Positions 1-9,218 of a stretch of DNA of 64,000 bases are shown piece by piece. The position numbers were made by a program, and so were the translations under genes. The notes below the pieces were generated by a model. It was not told where the DNA came from, ran no database searches, and saw nothing but the letters and a program-made list of their open reading frames with translations. Source of the DNA: Desulfobacterales bacterium (GTDB lineage: Bacteria; Desulfobacterota; Desulfobacteria; Desulfobacterales; UBA2245); contig JAXGZF010000007.1 of NCBI GenBank assembly GCA_040771865.1, positions 248,001 through 312,000 of the forward strand. The letters run 5' to 3'. The stretch's first letter is position 1. The number at the start of each line of letters is the position of its first letter.

Positions 1-284
1 GAGGGTGAAAAAAACCCGCCGACGATGGTCTTGCCGCCGGCACCGGGAATGCCGTCGCTGTGAAGGGTGATGCCGGCCAGGGCCTCTTCGGCACCGATGG
101 CAAAAATGATTTCCGTGGCCGAAGGCATCAGAGAAACCACCTGCCGGGGCGGGGCATTCAGATGAACTTGATTTCCAAAGTCATCGACGATCTCAATAGG
201 CCCCGCCCATACGGCCGAGCAGAAGCTGATCCAGGCAACCAGAACCCATTTCCATAATTTTCCGCAGTTCAATTGGTTTTTCAT
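1..284 (-). CDS. BtuF-like cobalamin/metal ABC substrate-binding protein, N-terminal part (runs off the left edge; not in ORF track)
   Basis: Manual translation from ATG 284: MKNQLNCGKLWKWVLVAWISFCSAVWAGPIEIVDDFGNQVHLNAPPRQVVSLMPSATEIIFAIG. Signal peptide plus the P-RVVSL-PS-TE--FA-G motif of helical-backbone metal receptors; lies downstream of a B12 riboswitch. Confidence 0.8.
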   Translation of the reverse strand, partial: MKNQLNCGKLWKWVLVAWISFCSAVWAGPIEIVDDFGNQVHLNAPPRQVVSLMPSATEIIFAIGAEEALAGITLHSDGIPGAGGKTIVGGFFSP

Positions 285-404
285 CTCTGTTCGCTTTCTT
301 TTTCGTCGTAAATGACAACTATGAAACCATCTTCTATCCGGTTGCCTATTGTCTCATCACGAAAAGGCCTCCTTGTAAAAAAGATTACAGTTTGTCTGTC
401 CGGA

Positions 405-447
405 GAAATAAAAATCCCCGGACCGATGGTGATTTCGATCCGGGGAT
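405..447 (-). terminator. Intrinsic terminator in the B12 riboswitch leader
   Basis: Minus strand ATCCCCGGATCGA-aatcacca-TCGGTCCGGGGAT hairpin followed by TTTTATTTC. Confidence 0.7.
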
Positions 448-511
448 GTCCCTTTTTTATCCTTGGAATCTGAGCAGCGCGCTTCCGTCCACGAAACATA
501 CGCTCTACATT

Positions 512-671
512 TCAGGCAGGTCTTCTGACTCACGGTTCGTCCTACCGGCCGCGCCTTCCCGACAGCAAACATCGTCAGTGGCGTTGTTACGGCTTTCGTC
601 CCCGATTACAGCAGCGGGCCTGTCCCCGATTTTCACGGAGTTCCCTATTAAGCTCAACCGAGCGCCTGAAT
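512..671 (-). ncRNA. Cobalamin riboswitch
   Basis: Minus strand has AATAGGGAA, CCGTGAAAATCGG, GCCCGCTGCTGTAA, GCCACTG, GGGAAGGC and the B12-box GAGTCAGAAGACCTGCC in canonical order. Confidence 0.93.
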
Positions 672-841
672 GTGAAAATGGATTTTTAATCAATTTCTCC
701 GCCGATGTCAAGTCAAATGGAAAATAAATTTTCCTTCGCAGAGCTCATAAGAGGAAACATTCGCAAAATCTGCTGAACTGGTCTGAAAAACTGGACAGAA
801 CACAAGCGGTAAAGCTGCTTTGCAGCGAAGGCCGGAAGGGT

Positions 842-872
842 ATGCCTGCGTGCGACACACACAGGCAGGCAT
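842..872. repeat. Short REP-like palindrome
   Basis: ATGCCTGC-gtgcgacacacacag-GCAGGCAT inverted repeat in an intergenic region. Confidence 0.45.
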
Positions 873-930
873 TCCGGGCAGCGAGGGAACAGGGGAGAGA
901 AACAACCGGCGATTCGATGGAATAATCTGA

Positions 931-1470
931 TTATTTCAAAATCTTGAGAATTCTTCTAAATCGTTCTCCCTCGGCCGTCTTGAGCAGCTCGAACAGAGCG
1001 GTTTCCACACTCGTCAAACTGGCGCCAGCATCTCTCATTTTCTGCAAACCGATTTTCTTGTTCTCCATATTTCTTGAAGAGACACCATCGGTAACAACAT
1101 GAACCTCATACCCGAGATCCAACAGATCCGCTGCTGTCTGATAGACGCAGACGTGCGCCTCAATTCCGGCAATCAAAACCTGTTTTCGATTCAGCGCATT
1201 CAGAGCCTTCACAAAGCGGTTGTTCCGGCAGCTGCTGAAGCTGATCTTGCTGATAGGCTGAATATTGAATAAGATGCCTGCAATTTCAGGAATGGTGGGT
1301 CCCAGGCCTTCGGGGTTCTGCTCAACCCAGAGGATCGGAATGTCCAGAACCTGAATCCCCTTGATCAGCTTTTGAACGTTCTCGAACAGAAGTCCTTTCT
1401 CGTGCATCGAATGCGCTAGATTGCCTTGAATGTCGACAATCAGCAGGACGACGTTTTCGATATTGAGCAT
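931..1470 (-). CDS. Isochorismatase-family (cysteine) hydrolase
   Basis: LLIVDIQ, EQNP-GLGPT, K-SFS and GIEAHVCVYQT motifs. Confidence 0.9.
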   Translation of the reverse strand: MLNIENVVLLIVDIQGNLAHSMHEKGLLFENVQKLIKGIQVLDIPILWVEQNPEGLGPTIPEIAGILFNIQPISKISFSSCRNNRFVKALNALNRKQVLIAGIEAHVCVYQTAADLLDLGYEVHVVTDGVSSRNMENKKIGLQKMRDAGASLTSVETALFELLKTAEGERFRRILKILK

Positions 1471-1539
1471 GATGCACCCCCTTATGTGACGCTCTCGAAT
1501 ATATTCTCAGCCATCCGGCGGTTCTCGTGGGCCTTTTCT

Positions 1540-1873
1540 TCATTTCAGAATCCATTGGTGAACCAGTGCCGCGCACATCCATACGCCAAAACTGGACGCA
1601 AGAACAAAAGGCAGCGGAATATGCTTCTTGAAGCACACGAAAGCCGCCAGAAAAAAAAAGCGTGGTTGGCAGCATTCCCCAGATAGCGCCCTTGGTAAAC
1701 TCCTGCATGATCTTGGGATCACCCTTGTTTTCCAGATACATCCAGACAAGGACGAGTGCGCCTGTAAGCGGCATGACGCCGATAAGCCCGGCTGTGGCGG
1801 GGAGTTTCTTCCCGATGGCCGTGGCGGCCAGAATGATCGCCAGACTGACCACAATTTTGATCAGAATCTGCAT
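1540..1873 (-). pseudogene. DUF3147-like small membrane protein, frameshifted at a T9 tract
   Basis: N-half MQILIKIVVSLAIILAATAIGKKLP..AGLIGVMPLTGALVL is in one frame; hydrophobic C-half LAAFVCFKKHIPLPFVLASSFGVW..WILK* is in another. Junction is A9 at 1651-1659; removing one base restores a ~110-aa ORF. Confidence 0.75.
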
Positions 1874-1952
1874 TGCTTTCCTTCCTTTTCATCAACAGGG
1901 CGCGCCATCAGCAATTGAGCGCAGAAAAACGGCCGACCGGCTCGGCGGCCCG

Positions 1953-2582
1953 TCAGCCGTTCGACTTCACCACTTTAACCGCTACAAACGCGCCCTTGCC
2001 AAATCCATTCAAAATTACTTCCGGCGCCTCTCCGGAAATCACGGTCTGTCTGAACTCCAAATCTGCAAAGCCGGCATCCGTGAGATATTTGAAAACCTCC
2101 TGTGCGGAAAAAAAGCGGGCATCCTTGTAAAAAACGCTCGTCTTGCGCCGGTTGTCATACTGTATCACCAATTCGCTTTCTCTGTCTATAAATCCCACAA
2201 TGATGAATCCGCCAGGTTTGAGAACCCGGAACGCTTCTGTGAAGGATTTGAGAACATCGTCCACAAAGCAGATAGTCGTCACCATCAGCACAAGGTCGAA
2301 CTCGGAATCGAAAAACGGCAGATTTTCCGCCACGCCTCGAAAAACTCGAATACCCCGTTTTTCGGCTTTAGCAGCCATTTTCTCGGATGGTTCCACGCCG
2401 AACTGAATTCCCAGAGGCGCGGCAAATCTGCCCGAGCCAACGCCCACTTCCAGGCCTTTGACTGCCGAAGAAGAAATCAGCTGGCGAATCGCCTCCAGCT
2501 CAGCAAGATAAACATCGCTGTTTGTTTCGAACCAGTCATCCTATCCGTCGCCGTTCTTATTGAACGGATCTGTTTTCGGCAT
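1953..2582 (-). pseudogene. Class I SAM-dependent methyltransferase with in-frame TAG at codon 14
   Basis: ATG 2582 reads MPKTDPFNKNGDG*DDWFETNSDVYLAELEAIRQL..KGLEVGVGSGRF, in frame with ORF 1953..2447. TAG at 2541-2543. SAM motif I LEVGVGSG, AENLPF, FD-VL, LKPGG. Confidence 0.8.
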
Positions 2583-2610
2583 ACAATACCTCACTTCAAC
2601 CCGGTCGCTT

Positions 2611-3555
2611 TCAACGACCCCGCTTCTTATCCCCGGAAAGCGCACGAATCGCCTGTTCCAGCGCCCGGTTGAATTCTTCCGGACGGTCCATCATCAGGAA
2701 ATGATCCGCTCCCTTGAGAACAATGGCATCAAAAGAAACCATGTGTCGCCGGTTTGCCTCGTAATTGATCGGCCATAGATCTCCGTTCACACTAATGACC
2801 GGAACGCGGATTTGATCAAATATTCCGGCCGCTTCTCCCGTGAGGTACTGCCGCATCATCTCGTTCATCGCACTCAAGGCAACAGCCGGAGGGGCAGCTG
2901 AAATATCCGAGAGTATCCATTCGCGGAGCTGCGGTTCGGTTTTGGGCGAAATCATCTCCGTGATGAACTGCCGGCTTCCTGCCTGAAAGTCATTTTCAAG
3001 CGGGGCAATCATGTTTCTCAGCTCTTCCCGCGTCAGCGGATATTCAACGTTTTCCAGCGTGTCTACGCCGATCACACCCAGGATGCGATCCGGCATGAGC
3101 CGGACGGCCTCAGCGATCACCGAACCACCCATGGAATGCCCTATCAGAATCACGCTTCGGCTGCCTGTCGCTTCCGTAACGGCGCGCACATCCTCTCCGA
3201 AAGCCGACATCGTGTATTGCGAACGCGTCACGCCGGAGTGGCCATGGCCCGCCAGGTCAAGAACGACAACGCAATGCTTTTTTGAAAAATACGGCGTCTG
3301 GGCGCACCAGTAGCGGGAATCGCAGCTCCAGCCATGCACGAACACAAGCGTCGGCTCTCCGGAACCATGGATTTCATACGAAATCGGAGTGCCGTCCTTG
3401 GACAGGACCACACGAGGCCACTCTGTCTGCGCCTGTATCGCTCCACAGGTCAAAATCAGTAGCATCAGACAACCGGCAAGGCTTGCCAGATATTTCACAA
3501 CCGATCTGCAGCCAAGCCCGCCGTCATTCAGAACGATATTGTTTTTAACCTTCAT
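2611..3555 (-). CDS. Secreted alpha/beta hydrolase
   Basis: FVHGW oxyanion motif, DLAGHG, nucleophile GHSMG, C-terminal HF; N-terminal hydrophobic signal. Start uncertain. Confidence 0.88.
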   Translation of the reverse strand: MKVKNNIVLNDGGLGCRSVVKYLASLAGCLMLLILTCGAIQAQTEWPRVVLSKDGTPISYEIHGSGEPTLVFVHGWSCDSRYWCAQTPYFSKKHCVVVLDLAGHGHSGVTRSQYTMSAFGEDVRAVTEATGSRSVILIGHSMGGSVIAEAVRLMPDRILGVIGVDTLENVEYPLTREELRNMIAPLENDFQAGSRQFITEMISPKTEPQLREWILSDISAAPPAVALSAMNEMMRQYLTGEAAGIFDQIRVPVISVNGDLWPINYEANRRHMVSFDAIVLKGADHFLMMDRPEEFNRALEQAIRALSGDKKRGR

Positions 3556-3713
3556 GATCCGGATCCTCTTTCCTCGGGATATGGAACCTCCAGTTGTCGG
3601 CATACCTGCGATAGAATACCGAGCATGATTTTGATGCCCTCGTGCTCGTCCTTTAACTGTTGCGTCGCTTTCAAATCTGTTTTCCTTCCTGAGTTCAAAT
3701 TAAGGTCATAACA

Positions 3714-4175
3714 TCAATTCCCGCCGTAAAACTCGATCCAGTTCGTATCGGCCTTTTTGATGTTGCCGGGAATATCCTCGCTCCATTTTTCATATGCCGT
3801 TCTGTTGCAATTCAGGTAAAGCTTCCCGTCAACGATCTTCCACAATTCGGGATCGGTATAAGCCTTACGCGCCTCCGTCATCGCCCAGGCACAATAACCG
3901 TCATATTGCGGGGCATATTTCTCCGGACTGGCCGTAAACAGGTCCCGGTTCTCTTCGGTTAAGAAATGCCAGGTCATGCCATGCCACTGAAAGGCAAATG
4001 ACTCGCTGCCTTTTATTGCTTTGCCGTCCTTGAAATATGCGACGGTATCGTACCCTTTTATGGCCAAATAAACTATCGGCGGCTTTTCGGCAGCGATACC
4101 ACCAGATCCGGTCATTATGAACAGTACAAACAAGAAACCTGTTAAAATCGCGCCGATTGTTTTCCGTGATTTCAT
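3714..4175 (-). CDS. Secreted YHS-domain (seleno)protein-family member, Cys form
   Basis: AIKGYDTVAYF, F..SPEKYAPQYDGYCAWAM, IVDGKLYLN motifs; signal peptide. Confidence 0.85.
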   Translation of the reverse strand: MKSRKTIGAILTGFLFVLFIMTGSGGIAAEKPPIVYLAIKGYDTVAYFKDGKAIKGSESFAFQWHGMTWHFLTEENRDLFTASPEKYAPQYDGYCAWAMTEARKAYTDPELWKIVDGKLYLNCNRTAYEKWSEDIPGNIKKADTNWIEFYGGN

Positions 4176-4455
4176 AGACCTCTTCCTCCGTGTTTATTAC
4201 GACTTCAAATGTAAAATCACAGGCCGTCCCGATTCTTCAGACAGGCAAAAGTGTTTATAACGGGAAAACATCCTGGGTTTAGGATCATGCAGAAACCGCT
4301 CATTGCTGTAGTAAATCAGAGTAAACCATGGCCTGGATTTTCCTGTCAATGTTGATGAACCTGTAAAAGTCGGAATTACCCGAAAAAATATAGCCCGAGT
4401 TCACCGAAGAAAGATTGAATGATATTCGACGGCATTTCGGCGTGGGTGATTCAGG

Positions 4456-5049
4456 GTAAGCGTTCGCGGGGTTGATATAGTAAAGATCACGTCAGCCAGC
4501 TTAAGTCGGGCGATTGTTCCTTGAAACAGGCTTTCAGGCAAGGGGAAGGTAGCCTGCGCCGGCAGTCGGCAGGTCTGCCGGAAGCTCAAAAGCCGCTCCA
4601 CCCGGCGATTGCCTTTATCGCTCTGGGAGCCGTTGGAACGCTTGCGCGACAATACGGCAAAATGCAACGCCCGTAACGATCATGACCTCGCTCGGATCCA
4701 GAAACTGTTGACGATGCCCCGCGTGCCCCTTCTGACCGCCGCGGCGGCGCCTGGACTTTTTCGACCCCCGCTCCGGCCGATGAAAGGGAGGGTCCGAAGA
4801 AGGAGGCTTGCTGGAGTTTTGCGAGTTCTGATTCAACCGGCTCTCCAGCTGCTCGATTCGCCTGATCAACTGTGCCACCGTGGCCTCCAGTTGCTCGACG
4901 CGCTGCTCCAGCATCTCCACATACCGGCGCACCGGCTCGGGCGTGGCCAACCAGTCAGACTCGCTAAATGGACGCTTGATAGCCATGTCTGATGGCGTAG
5001 CATAGTAAAATAAAAAATCTAGGTTTCTGCAATTATTTCAGTTGCTTAC
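4456..5049 (-). mobile_element. Internally deleted IS66-family (single-ORF, ISBst12-like) element
   Basis: Ends GTAAGCGTTCGC (4456) and, reverse-complemented, GTAAGCAACTGA (5049). Transposase N-terminus (LNQNSQNSSKPPSSD..GGQKGH, 4615-4986) joined to the C-terminus (RKRSNGSQSDKGNR.VERLLS..QTCRL); DDE core absent. Confidence 0.8.
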
Positions 5050-5121
5050 AAATAGATAAAATTCTATGCGATTTCAAGAAGTTGGAATCGCCGCTCAACC
5101 CTGTGAATTCGTACGATCTCT

Positions 5122-5892
5122 TTATTTCTCCCAGAGATCCCGAACCCACCGGGTCGGCCGTACGTAGTGGTGAATTTTTTTACCTCGATAACCGTATGCT
5201 GCCTCATCCGGATCAGGCCTACCGTGAAACACAACGATGCGCGCATCGAACGGCTGACGGGCTTCAACCAAGTAGTTGAGCGGAAAAATCGGTCGACAGT
5301 GTTCCTTGAAACTGATGGCCCAATGTTTTGGCCAAAAAACCATCTTCGGGCGGATACAGTGTGTCAAATAAGTTTGCGGCGGGTGGAAAGTGGAAAGCGC
5401 CCAATCCTTCTCCCGAAGAAATTGTTCATAAACGAAGGCACATTCATTCGCGACAAAACGAAATACAGATGAGTTGCCGACCGGTGGTCCTTTAGGGAAT
5501 AGTTTGCGGCGCAAAGTCACCCAGTCGCGGATAATGGGAATTTTTCCCGGTTCGAACCCAAAGAAATCGTCAAGGCTTCCGGTTATCAGAATATCCAAAT
5601 CCAGAAACAGACATGGGCCTTTAATTGGCAGGTTTTTTTGAAACAGGCAAAGCTTTCGCCATCCCGTGTAAAGTGCTGGAGGATCTATATCGATTTCCGG
5701 AATTGGAAACGGCAAAATGCCTTCCGCTAAGCCCTTGTCATCATCCGTAAAACATATAAACCTGAATGGCAGAGACAGGTTGCGCGAGACTGCGGCAAAA
5801 AGCTTGTTAACATATTCAACCCCGTAACGAGTCCCCCATTTCAAAGTGACCACATTCACCGGTTCTGAAGAATCTTTAGATATCTCGTTCAT
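5122..5892 (-). CDS. GT-A fold glycosyltransferase-like protein
   Basis: KWG-RY--EYVN-L, F-C-TDD, GW-KL-LF, LFLDLD (DxD), NSSV, VFHG-P-P motifs. Confidence 0.75.
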   Translation of the reverse strand: MNEISKDSSEPVNVVTLKWGTRYGVEYVNKLFAAVSRNLSLPFRFICFTDDDKGLAEGILPFPIPEIDIDPPALYTGWRKLCLFQKNLPIKGPCLFLDLDILITGSLDDFFGFEPGKIPIIRDWVTLRRKLFPKGPPVGNSSVFRFVANECAFVYEQFLREKDWALSTFHPPQTYLTHCIRPKMVFWPKHWAISFKEHCRPIFPLNYLVEARQPFDARIVVFHGRPDPDEAAYGYRGKKIHHYVRPTRWVRDLWEK

Positions 5893-5933
5893 GGCCGACC
5901 GTCTAACACAGAGCATTTTTAGCTGTCAAGAAA

Positions 5934-6527
5934 TTACAACCTGCCTCCGCAGGAAACAACACGCACCCGGTTGATCAATCTCCCGCATCGGCGAATCAGT
6001 TTCCTTCTGGAAAAAAACGGAATGTAGGAAGAAATCGGGATGAGTTCATAATTGTTAAACCGCCCCTTTACATCGGTAACAGTTGGACGATACATTCCTT
6101 TTGGCAAGATTTGGATAAGGATATTGAATGCGTTTAAATCGAAAAGCTGAACATTCTTTTCAATGATCTTTTGGCATAATTGCTCCAGCGCCTCTAAAAT
6201 TGCATTAAGATCGTACCCCTCCGGTTCCTTCAGGACTTTATCAAGCCTTGAGGAAATTCTGCCGTCAAAATCTCGGATACAGTCGAAAACAAGCCCCCTT
6301 CCCCTGCTGGTTTCCACAAAACCGTAACATTCTGGAATATAATCGAGATAACCGTATCGCTTCCGGAGGTGACGGTAATGCCGCCACTCCTGCCAATTGG
6401 CATCCCCTTTCCAGAAAACCGGCGCTACCCGAACGATTTTTATAACCTTGTCAGGATTCCCCGGATAAAGGTAGCATTCCCGAGTCGCACTCCGCGCTAT
6501 GGGTTCCTGATCCTGCAAGTTAATCAT
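5934..6527 (-). CDS. YrbL-family kinase-like protein
   Basis: RECY--P---KVIK, N-QE, YGFVET--G-GL-F, DL---NIL and terminal RRKL-R pattern. Confidence 0.7.
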   Translation of the reverse strand: MINLQDQEPIARSATRECYLYPGNPDKVIKIVRVAPVFWKGDANWQEWRHYRHLRKRYGYLDYIPECYGFVETSRGRGLVFDCIRDFDGRISSRLDKVLKEPEGYDLNAILEALEQLCQKIIEKNVQLFDLNAFNILIQILPKGMYRPTVTDVKGRFNNYELIPISSYIPFFSRRKLIRRCGRLINRVRVVSCGGRL

Positions 6528-7100
6528 CTGTCATCTATATATGAAGCTCAAGCTATCGGCAACCCCGATTTTTCGGCACAAATCGAAGAATGTCTCAAGA
6601 TCCGGTTGATAGACCGGCTGATTCAGCTGACAGTCGGGTATGTGGAAAAATTGCCAAAACAACCGGTTGCATGGGGTTGAATTGCAAGAACACCCATTTT
6701 AAGAAAAGAGGTATACGAGGAAGGGTTTTGTGTTAAGAGAGCAATATTCGATCTATTAAATCGACGACTTCAAGTTATCCAAACCCACAATATCTGTCCG
6801 CGTGTCTTCTGACCACCCCGCTATGCAACCTCGAAAAGCCATTATTCGTCAATCATTCGAACATCGGCGGATTACCCCTTTTTTGACAAGCCCTGTCTGC
6901 CGCCGCCCACGGCGGATTAACACAACGCAGCAGCCGATCTTGATGTAGAGAAAGGGGCTGAATCGGCTTGAATTATTATATAAAAAAGATGGTCATATTG
7001 CTGTAATATCTTGACAAGACATCTTTTTTTTGATTTATCGAAGCAAATAATTCAAAAGACTTACCCCCTATAACCTTGTTTTAACTGAAGGAGATATGTC

Positions 7101-8945
7101 TTGAAAATGAACCTCCGATTTTTATTAATCATATTAATAATCTTCATCTTTACAGGATGCGCAACATCGCAGACGCAGAAAAATCAAATCGCTTCCAAGT
7201 CCTCCAAACTATCCGCTACGAATCCAACAACAATCCAACAACAATCCAAACCCGTCATTTCAGCCTCGAACTCAAAGGTGAGCTTGCAGACGCCATCAGA
7301 GGATTCCACAGATATTATTGAAGAAACCGGCACCCAATCGGACCCGGATAATAACAAAGACTCTCTTTTGAGCAATTACGGCCAGGCACAGCTTGACGAG
7401 GCCTTGGACCACTGTCAGGCATCTCAGGAATTCTGGCAGAAAGGTGAGTTGGACAGCGCTCTGGAAGAGTTGGATCAGGCTTATGCCTTGATTTTAAATG
7501 TGGATGCGGAATCCGATTCGGAGCTCGCCCAGCAGAAGGAAGATCTGCGTTTTCTGGTCTCCAAGAGAATTCTTGAAATTTACGCATCCCGAAATAATGT
7601 GGTCACCGGAAATTCCAACGCCATTCCGATAACGCTCAACAATCACGTACAGGCTGAAATACAAAGTTTTACCGCCGGGAATGAAAAAAACTTCTTTGGC
7701 AACGCCTACAAGCGTTCCGGAAAATACCGGCCTCAAATCGTTGCCGAACTTGAAGAGGCGGGTCTTCCCACAGAACTTTCCTGGTTGCCGCTGATTGAAA
7801 GCGGTTACAACGTGGTCGCCCTTTCCCCGGCAAGGGCTCTCGGCCTCTGGCAGTTCATTCCTTCAACCGGTTACAAATTCGGTTTAAAGCGTGATCTTCA
7901 CATTGACGAACGCATGGACTCTTTCAAATCCACCCAGGCGGCCATCGCCTATCTCAAGGAACTACATCAGATGTTCGGCGACTGGACGACGGTTCTGGCG
8001 GCTTACAACTGCGGAGAAGGAAGAGTGATGAGGACTATTCGAAATCAGAACATCAACTATCTGGATGATTTCTGGGATCTGTACGACAAACTTCCTGCCG
8101 AGACGGCCCGTTATGTCCCCAGATTTCTGGCGACGCTGCATATCGTAAAAAATCCGAAAAAATACGGCCTTGACTCCATTGAGCTGGATTGTCCGATAGA
8201 ATTTGAAACCGTTGAGATCTCAAAGCAGTTACACCTGCGGGATATCGCCAGAAGCATCAACGCCGATGAAAGTATTCTCAAGGATTTGAATCCGGAGCTC
8301 AGACAAGGCATTCTCCCGCCTGAATCGTATACCCTTAAAGTTCCCACAGGAACCGGCTCAATACTGACGGCGTCTCTTGACTCCATTCAGGTATGCTCGC
8401 TTCCACAGACTCAAGCGCAACGTTCGATCCAGGAACTGAAATACCACAAAATCAAATCTGGCGAGAGTTTGTCGTCCATCGCCAGAAAATACAATGTCAG
8501 TCTTGAACAAATTGCCCGTGCAAACCGGATCAAGAGCAACAAGCGCATCGTTGCCGGGCAGTCAATTAAGATTCCCGTGCACGCCTCCACATCCAACGCA
8601 TCCAAGAATCCAGTTCCACGAAAGCAATTCCTGCGGCACGTCGTAAAACGAGGCGACTCTTTGTGGAATATTGCCAACCGGTATGGAACCACTACACAGA
8701 AAATCCAGAAATCAAACAGGCTGTCCGGAACCAGTCTTTATGTCGGGCAGGTACTCACCATACCCACGGCCGATGATGCCGGCTCCACTCAGAATTTCGC
8801 TAAAAAGACATACAAGGTCAAAAACGGAGATACCCCGTTCACCATCGCGCAGAAAAACAATATGTCGCTGGACCGGTTTCTTCAAATCAACCGGCTGACA
8901 CCGAAAAGCAAAATTTTTCCAGGACAGAAATTCAGCGTCGAATAA
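7101..8945 (+). CDS. mltD: Membrane-bound lytic murein transglycosylase D (SLT + 3 LysM), lipoprotein
   Basis: Lipobox FTGC; IESGY, ALGLWQFIP, AAYNCGEG, ETARYVP; three LysM repeats. SD AAGGAG upstream. Confidence 0.9.
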   Translation: MKMNLRFLLIILIIFIFTGCATSQTQKNQIASKSSKLSATNPTTIQQQSKPVISASNSKVSLQTPSEDSTDIIEETGTQSDPDNNKDSLLSNYGQAQLDEALDHCQASQEFWQKGELDSALEELDQAYALILNVDAESDSELAQQKEDLRFLVSKRILEIYASRNNVVTGNSNAIPITLNNHVQAEIQSFTAGNEKNFFGNAYKRSGKYRPQIVAELEEAGLPTELSWLPLIESGYNVVALSPARALGLWQFIPSTGYKFGLKRDLHIDERMDSFKSTQAAIAYLKELHQMFGDWTTVLAAYNCGEGRVMRTIRNQNINYLDDFWDLYDKLPAETARYVPRFLATLHIVKNPKKYGLDSIELDCPIEFETVEISKQLHLRDIARSINADESILKDLNPELRQGILPPESYTLKVPTGTGSILTASLDSIQVCSLPQTQAQRSIQELKYHKIKSGESLSSIARKYNVSLEQIARANRIKSNKRIVAGQSIKIPVHASTSNASKNPVPRKQFLRHVVKRGDSLWNIANRYGTTTQKIQKSNRLSGTSLYVGQVLTIPTADDAGSTQNFAKKTYKVKNGDTPFTIAQKNNMSLDRFLQINRLTPKSKIFPGQKFSVE

Positions 8946-8952
8946 ACCTTGG

Positions 8953-9028
8953 GCCCCCGTAGCTCAGTGGATAGAGCAATGGATTCCTAATCCATGTGCC
9001 GCAGGTCCGATTCCTGCCGGGGGCACCA
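8953..9028 (+). tRNA. tRNA-Arg (CCT)
   Basis: Acceptor GCCCCCG/CGGGGGC + ACCA; D-arm TAGCTCAGTGGATAGAGC; anticodon arm ATGGA-TTCCTAA-TCCAT; T-arm GCAGG-TCCGATT-CCTGC. Confidence 0.95.
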
Positions 9029-9218
9029 CAGCTGATTAGCGTCATGATTCCCCGGCCAACATGACTCCTTTCGGCTTTCGTCAACCCGGCCGGCCGTCCA
9101 AACCGTCATCCGCGGTTGCTAAAAAGTCCAAAAAAGCATATATCAAAACACTGCGTCATGTGCGTCAGTCCGGGCTTCTTGCCCTTTTCTTTTAACAGGC
9201 TATCGGAAGGCATCAAAG

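Noticed and set aside
3714..4175. Selenoprotein in the YHS family
   Set aside because: No in-frame TGA; Cys is encoded.
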